NCBI RefSeq assembly: GCF_002105155.1
Contig: NW_019029022.1
Location: forward strand, 62,001 to 126,000
DNA from: Lobosporangium transversale
Taxonomy: Eukaryota
DNA: 64,000 bases
Reading direction: 5' to 3'
Part shown: positions 1-12,643 of the stretch, in pieces
Numbering within the stretch: the first letter of the stretch is position 1
Layout of the letters: each line of letters begins with the position of its first letter
Notes under the pieces: generated by a model
The model's database searches: none
Seen by the model: only the letters and a program-made list of their open reading frames with translations
Told to the model about the DNA's origin: nothing
Made by a program: the position numbers and the translations under genes

Positions 1-637
1 GCTGCTCCTACGCTCGGCTCTCCGTTGTTACGTCGCACACCGCCTCCTACAAATCCCGAAGATATACTAATTCCTGACTCTACACGGGCGATCATAATAT
101 ATACAAATACATATTTCCAAGAAAAAAAATAAAATAAAATAAAATAAAATAAAATAAAAAAGTGATATTGAGTTTATGAGTAAACTTGTTTGATTTACTC
201 AGCATAAGGCTAATACAGAACAAGAACAAGAACGAGAAAAAGAGCGACGATGCGTGTGTCTGGATAGATAGTAGCGATGATACCATTGTATGGTATATAT
301 GTATTACCTTTGGCCTCCTTCTGTATGGATTGGATGTCGACTGTCTGTTTGATCTGTGAATGCATACGATTGGACAAGAGCGAAGCCATGGCCACAATCT
401 TTAGATCCAATCTTTTGAGTGAATAAAAGACTTGTAGTGCTGACCCCACTTGAGCTTGGTTCTGTGAATCCATTCCATTCTGAAGCATCCTATCAGCTGA
501 TTCAATAATCCTTGTGCGAACAAGTTCCAACTTTTTGACTTCAGCGTCCACTACATGAATACCTTCCAGATCAGATTCCTGAAGAAGTGTATCTTTGAAA
601 AGAAAAATAAACGAAAAGAAACTCAAGTCCTTTAGAA

Positions 638-686
<49 letters not shown>

Positions 687-1512
687 GCTGCAGGGACCAT
701 ACCAACTTCGCTTAATGTCATTGCTGCTTTTGTCAGTTCCAGATCTCCCAAATCTCCTCCGGGCATTTGCAACTCTAAACGCCTGATTAAATACAAAAAC
801 CGCAAGACTCTCCTCAACATCTCTGAGGTGACCTGTAAACGTTCAAGTTGAATCGTATAGGTTTGGATCTGTTCGAAGGGTATCTTGATTTTAGTGGAAA
901 GTCGCTCCATGGAAGCACTGACTGCCTTAAGTCCTGTTTTCACAGTCTTGAGGACTGCCTCCAATTCCCGAATCCCTGCTGCTTGACTCAATAAGTCATT
1001 ATAATGTGTAGTTACCTAATAATATCAACGGTTTCCATCCAAAAAAAAAAAAAAAAAAAAAAAAAAAACCAAAGGCTTAGATCCAGAAACTGATGAAAAC
1101 CGATAAATGCTGGATGGCTGCGTTTTTTTTTTTGTTTGTTTCGTTTTTTGCTTGTCCTTTTCAGACTTACTTGATCATGTAATTGCTTGTTGAGACTATC
1201 AATACTGAATGAAAGACTTGAGAGTGATGTGGCGATATCGAGCTCTCCTTTTGCAGATTGATGAATGATAGAGTTGGCATGAGTGTTGGGATCAAACTGG
1301 TCTACTAAGAAAGAGTCATAATCTATTCATTTGAAATATAAAGCGAGAGGTTTTGTCAGCAATAATACTATGGTCACCCCTCTCCTCCTCCTTTTACTTC
1401 CTCCGCCTCAAACTCAGATGAAGTGAGAAGTTTCCCAAGGAAAACAATAAAGTCATTTTAAAAAAAAAAAAATACCAATGTAAGAGTCTAGTTCAGATAC
1501 AGCTTCTGTCAT
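1..1512 (-). CDS. COG5: Conserved oligomeric Golgi complex subunit 5, 5' part; multi-exon, runs off the left edge
   Basis: ATG at 1512. Spliced exons read MTEAVSELDSYI|DYDSFLVDQFDPNTHANSII...LNKQLHDQ|VTTHYNDLLSQAAGIRELEAVL...|...LEGIHVVDAE...GSALQVFYSL, which resembles the COG5 N-terminus. GT-AG introns. Confidence 0.85.
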
Positions 1513-2781
1513 GGTCGTCAATGTTTATTCCTTTCCTGTTTAGTCCCGACTGTTTCTAATGACCTGTTTTCTTTTTTTCATGAGGTGGAGAATTACTACT
1601 CATGCCATGGCGCAACATGGGGGAACCCATGTTGTGGCTGGGATTTTGTCAAAAGCCACGTCAGGAACAGAAAGACCTGCTATACATTTCTACATTTTTC
1701 ACATACAGACATACAGCACAATATGCCCACAAGCACACATAAAGCGCAGCTTCTTCCTCTGCAACTGCAGACAATAATGCTACTGTCTCGTCGATCATAC
1801 ACGTCTCTCCTACTGAGTGGGGCCCTCATCTTTTCCTTAAGTCGGACTAGGTTCGGCATTTGAAAAGGCCCAATCCCTTATCAGCAGATTATCAGGATTG
1901 GGATTAGGCAGAGAAAAAACCATGAAGGGAGAGGAAAAACTATCTCGGCTCGCTCAGGAGTTGAAAGAACTCACTTTGGGACGGGACGAAGAGCCGATGT
2001 GATTTTGAAACTAGCAGAGTTCGAGTCAGGCTCCAACAATAAGATCGAGTGGCCGCGAATCCTCGAGAAAGAGATAGATCTTTTGCTAGATGGCGCAGAA
2101 CTCCGATCACCTAAAGATGGCAAAGATCCGGGCTGGCGTCGAAAGAAGGCCCGAGTGGCCGTAGATGCAACAGAGAGCAAATGAATAAACTGTGTTGTCG
2201 ATAATAATAAAATTAAAAGTAAGGTATGTTAGAATGTTTTCGAATGACTGATGGGTTACTGCGAAGCGGGCTATTAAGAACATGGAATTGCTAAAGCAAA
2301 GGCACTTGCAAACCAAGTTTGAGCTACAGTTTGTATACTGAATTGAAGTGCTTGCACACTTGTCCTCAAATAAAGAGATTGCAGGGCAATAGATACAAGA
2401 TCATTAGAAAAAGATCATGGGTCAAATACAAAGTGGAGCAGAGTATAATAAAAGTTACAAGGTGATTAAATAAAAGTGACTTGTTATATCTCATGAAGGT
2501 ATTAATCATATTCACCGATATGAGTGAATGATTGAGACCGTTGAAATCAAGAGGCGTTGGTGGCCAACTTTAATGGCAATGGGTGCCGCTAATCATTCAT
2601 AGGAGGGTACACGTGACTGGTGCAATCCCTCGAACAGTCCCTCTCCACCTCGAAAAGGAAACTTAATAAGAAATGGCTCTCTGTCAATCTTTTAAAGTTC
2701 GCATTCACCTTCTTTTTTCGATCAAATCAATCGGAGGATCACTTTTGACAGCCTTTCTTCTTGTTACCTCCCAACATAACC

Positions 2782-5775
2782 ATGCAGGCAAGCTGTCTGG
2801 CACAACGGGGTCTGATGAACCCACGGATCACCAGTGGAAGGAGCCTCGTCTGCCACCATGCCTTTTCTGCTCAGAGGACCAGATCCATTCTTCTGAGCAA
2901 GAAACCATTAACTCATAGGTAAAACAATTACTCTTTAGGGTTTAGGTCATGTTTCGCTCTTTCTCCTAGGGTCACTGTAATGCTAATCTGGAAGTCTGTT
3001 GCTCCTTCTCTTTTCTTTTCTTTTCTTTTCTTTTCTTTTTCTTTTTAAGCAGTCCATATACTCGCTTATTCTCTTCTATCACCGCATTTGGTCGACCTTC
3101 CAAACGTCAGCTTCTTTGCAGATTGGCCCCGGGCTTATGGATGTATAATAACGGTGGTCTCTATGGAAGTGAGGCTGCTGTTGCTGTTAATCAAACCACG
3201 CAACATATGATTATGAATCGATGCGGGACTGCTACTGCTTCTGCTGGCCTCAGTTCGACTGCGTTTGTAGGTGCAACGGGCAGTGCAACAATAGAGTCAA
3301 AAGGCGCATGTGAGTTGATAGGTCGTCTGAGCCAACGAATGGTCAGAGGTACAGCACAGATCGTATCAAAGCCTCAGCCCTGGAAGAGAACAAAAGAGAC
3401 TACGACTTTGTTGGATATGGAAATTCATAGCTTCTCCAATTTACATTCACGCTCTCGACAACACCAAAACTTAAAAGGGCTACAATCCTCTTTTGGACAT
3501 GCTTCAGACACAATGATAGGAACAGGATCAGCATCAGCACCAGCATCAATATGTGTTAGGTCAGCCCACCCAATTGCAATGACACGTACCAGTTTTGCAC
3601 CCTCCTCAATCTCTCGTACTCATCATGCTGTTAAAAGCAAAAATCAAGGGATCAGGCGCTACTATATGTCAGATACACTGAGGGGAAATTCAGACTCTGC
3701 TTCCCGACAGAATGCATTGGTCAAATACACACCCCCTGTGGTTGGGCCTTTGGATCGTGTTGGACGAGCCAAGCTGCTTTCTGCAGCCCCTAATTTTCTA
3801 GAACGTCTCAAGATTCGTTTAAAGCTACTGCTGATGCGTCAAATCCGACCATGGCGTGTGGACGACTTCATTGCAGTGTTTTCATGGGCCTTCCTGGCGA
3901 ATGTGGCATTTGTGCTGTTGGGCACGACTACTTTCTTTAGCTTGTTGCTTGCTGCAGCGAATAGCTTACAATTCCAAGGTAAAAGAAAAATGAGAGATTT
4001 GTTGATATTCGTGTTTGTTTTCATCATGCTGTCATCATTTTCGGAATCTATCACTCGACCAATTCGTGGGCAAACCAATTGAATTTTATTTAAAAATGCA
4101 CGTCACAAGATGTGGTCTGTGTGTTATTTTTACTTTTATCATTAATCTAATACATATCTTTGAATTTCCTCTCTCTGCAGGATTTGTGGCATCCAAGATT
4201 AGCGATTATCTTACAGCATCAACGGGAGTCAAAGTCAAGTTTGAAGCTGCTATTGTCCCCAATTGGAAGGATGGGCGTATCACTCTCCGGAACGTAGTCA
4301 TGTCAAAACGAGCAGAACAACCCAATAAGGATAATCTATTAAGTCACAAAGGAGAAGATCATTCAGGCCATGGACATGAGCACGATCATGATGGGACGGA
4401 CGAGCATGCTCAAATAACTGAAGAGGACGTCGATACGAACTTTACCATGTTTGATGTGACCATCGATCAAATTGATGTCACACTCTCTGCTAAACGATGG
4501 CTTGACGGCAAAGGGCTGATCGAAGATGCCTCCATCAAGGGTGTTCGTGGAGTCATTGGTAATACATTAAAGGCTTTTGGGGCAAGGGAACTGGCGGGGT
4601 TCAAATCAATGCCTTTTTATATTTTTTAATCCTTATTGTACTAACTGGGTTCATGTACCTCATATCCATTTATGACTACCATTTTTAATTGTCAATAGAT
4701 CGCACTCATGTTTGGTGGGATCCTGATGTCGAATACATCCCAGAGCTATCTAGGAGAAAACATGTCCCTGGAGACTTTGAACTCGAATCACTTCAGCTTG
4801 AGGATATGCTTGTGACGGTTCTTCAGCCAGATAACTTCCGTCCCTATACTGTGTCGATATACTCTGCTCAGTTTCCAAAGTTTCGGAAGCAATGGCTATT
4901 TTACGACTTGTTATGTGCAGAGTCCATGGTTGGCATGTTTGATGGCTGCCTCTTTAGCTGCTACACTGCACAGCGTGAGAGCACTGACAACCAGACTGAT
5001 GCTAAATGGAAAAGGTCAACTCGATTTAAAATTGATGATGTCAAAATCGATCATTTGAACGCTGGGGTGGAAGGGCCCTTTGGATGGATTTATTCTGGCA
5101 CTGTAGACATCACCTGTGATGTAAAGATTCCAAATGAACCGAGAGAGGATGCACTGCGCAAGCTAGTGAATGATATTGTCGATAAGATTGATGAAGTGGT
5201 TGATTTTGCACCACTTCCAGTTGTCTTTGGGACGGGCGCCGTCGGCGGAAAAGAAATTGTGATGTATCCAAACCGTGCTGCTGCTGCCTTGCATGAAAAG
5301 ATGATGGAGGAAGAAGAAGAGCAGCGGCGACTAGCTCAGCAGCAACAACAAATCCTCCAACGGCAACAGCAGCAGCAGCAGCAACAACAACGACAGCACG
5401 GACAGAATTCTGAGCATAAACAAGAGCATATGAGGCTACATCAAGAAAACCGGTATCAATATTGGCAACAGCAACAGCAAATTGAGCAGCAGCTTCGGCA
5501 ATTCCAACAGCAGCAAGAGCAACAGCATCAGCAACAAATGTCCAAATTCAACACACCAACTTCAAGAGCCAGTTTTGTAAGATCATCCAAGAAAAAGCCT
5601 GCACTGGTGATGGATTTTGAATTTCGTTTCAATGATACCAAGGCGTCTATCCCTTTGAAAACAGAGAGTTTGTCCTATTTGTCCAACGCCGCTATCCGTC
5701 CTATTGTTGCGTTCATGAACAGTAACCGCACAGTTACACCTATCCGATGCCGTGTCGAAATGGACTTGGTGTGTT

Positions 5776-5811
<36 letters not shown>

Positions 5812-6118
5812 GAGAAAAAATTTTGGCAACAGAAATATCATACCAGAAACTAATACTAATTATTTTTTTATTCTTCATTATTAGTCTGAATTCGATGGCT
5901 CATGGACAATCTATGACTCTAATTTGATGACAAATCTGTCGACAGAACTTGGTAAAGCATGGGTTAGCCTTGTAGCGAATGAGCGAGAACGAAATCGCAA
6001 GTTGAAGAGGGTTGGTCTTTGGGGTCTTCAGTCGATGACCCGTAATATTGTTAACGTGTACGACTATGCGCGAGGTAGCAGAGGGTTCTGGCATTACATT
6101 GGCACACACACCGTATAA
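2782..6118 (+). CDS. MDM31: Mitochondrial distribution and morphology protein Mdm31/Mdm32 family, multi-exon, with a polyQ insert
   Basis: Motifs RPWRVDDFIAVFSW, VKFEAAIVPNWKDGRI, KGVRGVIDRTHVWW, GDFELESLQLED, PKFRKQWLFYDLL and DHLNAGVEGPFGWI, ending LKRVGLWGLQ. The ATG at 2782 is inferred from an Arg/Ser-rich presequence-like exon. Confidence 0.88.
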
Positions 6119-6550
6119 CACATGATTAAGCAAGCAAGCCAAACCCAGCAGCGGATAAAATTCATCTTTACGCTTCCCAACGCCCGTCGGGACCGTTAAC
6201 CAGCTAACTATTGCCTCTTACTTTTTTTTTTTTTTCTTTTTTTTTTCTTTTCTTTTCTTTTTCTTTTATATATTTCCTGCTTATATAATCAAATTCCTCG
6301 TTGTACATTACATACCCGATCATAGAGAGTGTTCTTTTTCTTTTTTCTTTTCATTTTTTTTTTTTTTTTTTTTTTATATCTGTTTGTAGCATTGCGCTTT
6401 TTTGCATTATCGTATTTCATTAGAGACATGATTTAAGAGAAAAATAACATTTTTTTTTTCCTTCAGAATAAATGATCCACTAAATAATCAATTTGATTTT
6501 TTTTGTTTGCTTTGTTTATAGATATATATAAAAAATCCGCAACTTCTAAA

Positions 6551-7838
6551 CTATGACGACTCGGATCCCGCCGGCGTTGTAGTATTGGTTGTGGCAGAAG
6601 CATCAGCAGTAGCAGTAGACTTTGACTTTCTCCTCCTTCTTGTCTTTTTCTTCTCTACTCCTGCATCCGCTTCAGACTCTGCTCCTCGCTTTTTGATAGA
6701 AGTTGTAGTCGAAGTAATGGTAGTAGTGGGCTCTGGTTTTTTCTTTTTCTTCTTAATCGACAATGGATTTGGTTCCTTGGGACCCATTTTCTTTTTCAAA
6801 AGTTTAGCTTTTTTCAGTTCTAGTTTCTCTTTCTTTGATTGCTTTCGTTCCTCAATCTTCTTGATCAGTTTAGGATCAAGTGAGACTTTACCCAATGCAG
6901 AGACCTTGAGGCCCTTTAAAGTTTGTAATTCCTTTGATTTAGCATGGGTCTTGTCGGTTTCGATTTTTTTACAGGTTTTCAAACTTGCCTCTGAGGGGGG
7001 TTCTAAGATGAGGTTGGATCGATGGATATAAAGCAAAGGTACCCCTGGAACTTGAGCTAATTGAACTCGAAGTCGTTTGGATTGAGAGGCAACGACGTAA
7101 TTATGGGGGTTGGTATCGGCGATGATTTGAGAGATACAAATGGATTCCTCGACAGGATCTTGATGCTTGCAACGACGTTTCTCAAATCGTTTGGAGGCAA
7201 TGAAGGCACCAGATGCCTCTTCACCACGAGATTTGAGTTGTGCCATGGTACATGGTGTCACCACTTGTTAACCACGCCCATTCCATTCCCAAAGAAGAAG
7301 AAGAAGAAGAAGAAAGAGAAAAGAAAAAGAAAAGAGAAAGAAAAGAAAAAGGAAAAAAGTACAAGATTAGAAGGGAAAGAAAGTTTTGATCCGACCGGGA
7401 CAAAAAAAAAAAAAAAAAAAAAAAGCCAGAGGGTTTTTATAGCACTTACTTTGTTTTGAAGCGTCACAGAGAACATTGGGGATCATCACCCTGAGATCCA
7501 TTCTTTGATCCAATGCTGCTTGAATAAAATCCGCATCCACTATCCGAATTTCATTTTAAAAGCAGAAATTGTATTCCAATCGTTAGAGTAAGCTTCTTTT
7601 TCTTTTTCTTTTTTCTTTTGTAGTCTGAAAAGGCGTATTTCTTCGGTTCCTCAGCTCCTTCCAGTCCTGCTCAGTCCAGTTCAGTCTAGGTCAGCTCCAT
7701 TTTCTATAAATCCTTGCTAAAAAAAAAAAAAAAAAAAAAAAAGAGCTTACCAAGAACCTGATATGGTTTGTGGAATTTAAATGTCTGGCAGTACATGTTC
7801 ATGTACCGCTTGTAATCCTTATGCCGTTTGATTCTCAT
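6551..7838 (-). CDS. UTP23: rRNA-processing protein Utp23 (Fcf1/PIN family), 3 exons
   Basis: N-terminal exon MRIKRHKDYKRYMNMYCQTFKFHKPYQVL, then VTPCTMAQL, RRCKH, NYVVASQ, VPGVPLLYI and C-terminal KEPNPLSIKKKKK. Confidence 0.9.
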
Positions 7839-7921
7839 GGTGTCGAGTTTGTTGTTGCTGTTCCGTAATGCTAATTAAGAAGACAAGAGTATAGGAATGT
7901 CCATGAACCAATGAACCATGA

Positions 7922-7952
<31 letters not shown>

Positions 7953-8735
7953 GGTGTGTGTGTGTTTATGTTTTATTTAAGGAGACGGTCACGAAAATTT
8001 CAATTGCATAGAAAAACCTAGAAAAAGGCTTCACACTCAGTTTTTTACGAAACGCGCCTCCTCCACGCCTGGATAAACTGATTTTCATGATCATTCGTCG
8101 GTGTTTTACAATGAGGAAAGAAGAAAAAGAGAGATAGAGAGTGAATCTATGAATTGCTATCATGTTTCACTAACATATACATGTAAACCAATTTTTTTGT
8201 TTATTGCGCGAGCGTGTGCTTTTTTTTTTTTTTTTTTTTTATCGACCGTACACAAATGAATGTGGACATGGCTCACAACATCAACATTTATATAAGAGGT
8301 GAAGCTGCAGTTTCAACGCATAACTTTAGCTCCACAGCGATGAGGAAAAGAAGAAAAAAAAAAAAAAAAAAAAAAAGATGTCGAACTCAAAAAGAAACAA
8401 GAGAAAGCACTGTTTAATTTTGTTTTCAACCATGAAGATACGACACATTGTCCACGATAATGATGTGATATTCCTTGGGGTATTGGGAAAGGGTGAGTCA
8501 GCAATTACTCTACCGTCTACGTTGCAAATTTCATATCTTGATATGGGATATGCACGTTCCAGAGGTGGAGGAAATGTAGGCAAAGCGAATTACGACTCAA
8601 GAACTAAAAGAAACTTATCATCGATAAATCAGCCATGCACTCCCAGCAGAGAGAACCAATGCAGGCGTTATTGAAGAGTGCAGAGGAAGTGAACCGCTTT
8701 CCCGAATACTGGAAAGCTGGCATAGCGAGAATAAA

Positions 8736-8768
<33 letters not shown>

Positions 8769-9829
8769 CCTACCATTTGTTGCTGCTGCTGTTACTCTTA
8801 CTATTGCTGTAGATATACATTGAAACTTATAATCCTTTGAAGAGGGTGCTCCAGACGTCTTGCTCTTTTGAATAAAAAAAAAGTTACTGCTACGAGAAGA
8901 AGTTTATATTTTTCAACTACAGTATTCTAGTATGGATTGGTCAGTAACTTGGTCATAGGATAACTAGCACGGCCACAAATATCCTTGACAGCGATTAAGC
9001 ATGGTTAGATATAAACTGTGTATGCAGAGGCCGCTTGTTGCTGCATATAGGGGATGCTGGGAGTCTTAGACACTACAAAGCAAATAATCATTTAGGATCT
9101 ATAGATCTATAACCACAGCAAAGTACGTACAATAGGCAATAGGCAAGTAGCAAACTTGTAAGAGAAAGAAGGAATAGCCCATTTCGATTAACCCTTGTGA
9201 GCCAGCATGGAAAGAGGACCATGGCCCAGAATATACTTTTTTTTGTATCAAACCGATTCCTCTGGCGATCAATTCAATCAGAACATGTTTTGTTTGTGTG
9301 TGACCAAATGAAGAGAGAGCTATAGACCATGTACATGTACATTTTACGCCCATATGTCCATGGTTCCAGATCAACGATAGGATGCCATGGCACATTAAGT
9401 CCTGGTGTTCCTGGCGCAGAGCATGTATAAATGAATCTGTGTATCTCTTATTGAGTAATTATATATATATAAAGAGCATGACCCTGAAGAAAGCTAATTG
9501 CGCCGTTCTTCCTCGTAAATGAATAACTCAATCGTCTCCTCTTTTGGCCTTTTTTTTTTCTTCTAAATGTATATATATATATATATAATATATATATACG
9601 TATAATCATTAGATGGGCACCCTGGCTCTCAAGAAATTGATGGATGGTTTTCCATGGAACCGTTATTTGTTTGTTCTTGAATGGATTAAAATTCAAAGAT
9701 TTGAAATAAATAAATAAACAATAATAAAAATAAAATGCACACGGTGCCTTATGCAGCAACCCGTTATAAGAGATGGTCCATAGAAAACAATAAAATATTG
9801 AATGAATGTAGTCGCGTTTTTTATATATA

Positions 9830-9863
<34 letters not shown>

Positions 9864-12643
9864 TTTTATTGTGAATGATGAGTGATAAGTGGTGAAAAAA
9901 GAATTGCAAGTTGTGGATGCAAGGGTGCACAGAAGTGTAAGACAACTCTGCGCTAGCCAGTAGGATCGCCATCCGTGTTCCTCGACCGTTATGAACAATT
10001 ATTTATTAAACAAGCAAAGTGAGGTGTGGTTAAATTGAGCAAAAAGTTATATTACAGTTTGATATGCATGAACGACAATAGACAATATACATGTACATGT
10101 ATATTATATTAACATAGTACTAATAAGTCCCTATTTCTATCGCAAAGGCTACAAGGCAATAGATAGATGGATGAGGAATAGATAGAACGAGAGAAAAAGA
10201 GAGGAAAGAGAAGAGAAGATGGAGTGAGGAGAAGAGAAAGTAAAGATCAATGTCTTAAAGTAACAGTTCACTCTCTTTTAATAATATCATCCAATTAAAG
10301 AAAGCAATGCCAAATTAACCGTAAATGTTAATTTTCATGTTCCCATGCAAACATGTGTGCAAAACTTTACTTTTCTATTCGTGAACATTTGATTATCGAT
10401 ATGAATACAAAGAAGAAAGGAAAGAGGGGAAGAAGGAGGTTCCCATGAGCGAGGCTGCGGAACGAATGATCTGATTGATCAATGAAAAAGACGGAAAAGG
10501 ATATGTTTATGTGTTTAGGTTATTAATGGAAATCTTGAATTCATTTATGGCCTAGAACTCTTCCCTTTCCCTTTCCCTTTCCCTTTTTGCGATAGAGGTT
10601 TCTATTGAATACTGGACTACATGTTATTGATGGCGATGTAAGGTTTGCAAATTCACAGATGTAATGCAAGGTTGGCGTGCGCTCTCTCTCTTCCCTCCAC
10701 TGCCCACGGTGTGGCGTGCGACAACTCCAGCACAAACTCTGTTTTATATTACACATGCCTTTGCAGCACACAGTTCAATTCCTGCGTCATTTTCTCAGAG
10801 GGCTTCTAGGGGAACCTTCTTTTCATTGGATCAAAGGCACGCAACGAGCGTGTGTCCTTTAAAAGAGCCCTGACCCGTTATGAGCCCTGCTTGATATTTC
10901 TTTTACCTCTTTCTTGTGAGCACTTTCCATTTCCTGCACTCACTTTCTCTCTACATGCAGTTTTTGTCAGGCAAAACAAGGGCTCAATAAGTAATGATAC
11001 ATGCACATGTTGATATATATATATTTACATGGAAGTGGACCCTCTTCATTATCAAACTAGACATCCTCTCCGCTCTTCTTTTACTTTCCAATCTCCTTCT
11101 TTCATTCGCCTCATCGTTGTGTTGGCTCACATTTTTTACTGCACGTACATGCTCCGTGTGTACATCCATCAGGGTTCCCATGATGCATTGTCCGAAGGCG
11201 TATCTAGAAGCAATTCTTCAAGAAAGAAAAAAAAAAAAAAAAAAAACAGGCCAAGGGTCTAGGGTCTAGGGTCTAGTACTTGCAAAAAAAAAAAAAAAAA
11301 AAAAAACTGTGGGGGTAAGGAAAGAAAGAGAGCAAAAAATCTTTCCTGGATTAAGATCGATTGGACAATCGGATGAATAGTCGGCCGCTGATTTGTTTCA
11401 CTACATACACTAAGCTGAAGAGTAAAATAAAATATAGCCCGAACGGACACAACGCCATCTTACTTCCGACATTACCAGAGGCAATATAGAGAGAGGGGAA
11501 GCAAGGATTTTGTAGAGATGACCAAGTAGACAAATAGAAGAGTAGCATACGAACCATCGTGTAAAGTCATACAAAGGAAAACAGGATACAGTATTAAAAA
11601 AAGGATTTATATCAGTCACTAAAGCTACTAATTATTAATGATAATAACTTTGTCTAGATGTTAATAAGACACATTCCAACAAACCTTGTGAGAGCTCCCT
11701 TCTTTTTTTTTTTTAATAATATCATTGCTTACTCCAGACAGCAAGGGAGAACAACTTTTCCATGCTTTTTGACATGGGGGAATGATAGACTACCGCTGTG
11801 CGGTTAATTTAGATGACATGAGAAATGAAAACAGTCAAAATAGAATAAGGTCAGGGGTCAAGGGACAAAAATGGTATAAAAGGCAAGAATCCGTAATCCA
11901 TCAGCCTGTTGAGGGTCTACTACTAGCCTATCTCACAATGTCCAATCACTCTTTTGCTTATCTTGCCAAATGGCAAAAAAAAAAATAAAATAAAATAAAA
12001 TAAAGGGGGTTCAAGCACTATTCCATGGCGCTTGACCATCCATGAAGGTTTTTTCGTTGTAAAGCTTTTTTTCCTTCGTTGTAGAAACGCAAGTTGGGTG
12101 AGGTAATACAAATTTATTACATTGAATAAGCTGCAGGACTGAATAGCATGCTACAAAGTTTGATCCAATAAAGATATTGTAATACATCTGCACTTTTGTT
12201 TACAAACAAAACGACAGTGCTCTTTTTTTGATGTTGCCATTACATTCAACCAATTCTCTTTCATTTTCTACATGGTTATCATGTTTGTGTACATGTGTGC
12301 ATGTGTGCAAAGAAATAAAGTCTATGCATCATTCACACCCTTCCTCTCAGTCTGCGATTGGTGTCTTAGTCTGTGTTCTCAGGAACAACGGTTTATTTTA
12401 CTCTTCCACTCTCATCCTCTTTTTCCCTTTAAATACAAGGCCCCACCCGCAACTCTTTTGCTGTTTTCTTCAGCCTTTTGGACTCCTGCAACCGCATCCC
12501 TTACCTTAACCCCCCGCCATCCCTCACATCCCTTCCATACCTTTACGGTAAACCCTGTACAGTCTTTTACAGACACATTTACATTGATCACCACACATAT
12601 ATCATACCTTACTCCTCCATCCTTTTCTACCTCATAAACAAAT

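Noticed and set aside
1913..2184. Short protein-like ORF (…KEIDLLLDGAELRSPKDG…) between COG5 and MDM31
   Set aside because: No clear start, splice context or recognisable family; could be a relic but cannot be supported.
8300..11500. Many small ORFs and possible exon relics in the UTP23-subtilisin intergenic region
   Set aside because: Dominated by homopolymer and (TA)n translations; no consistent spliced frame found.
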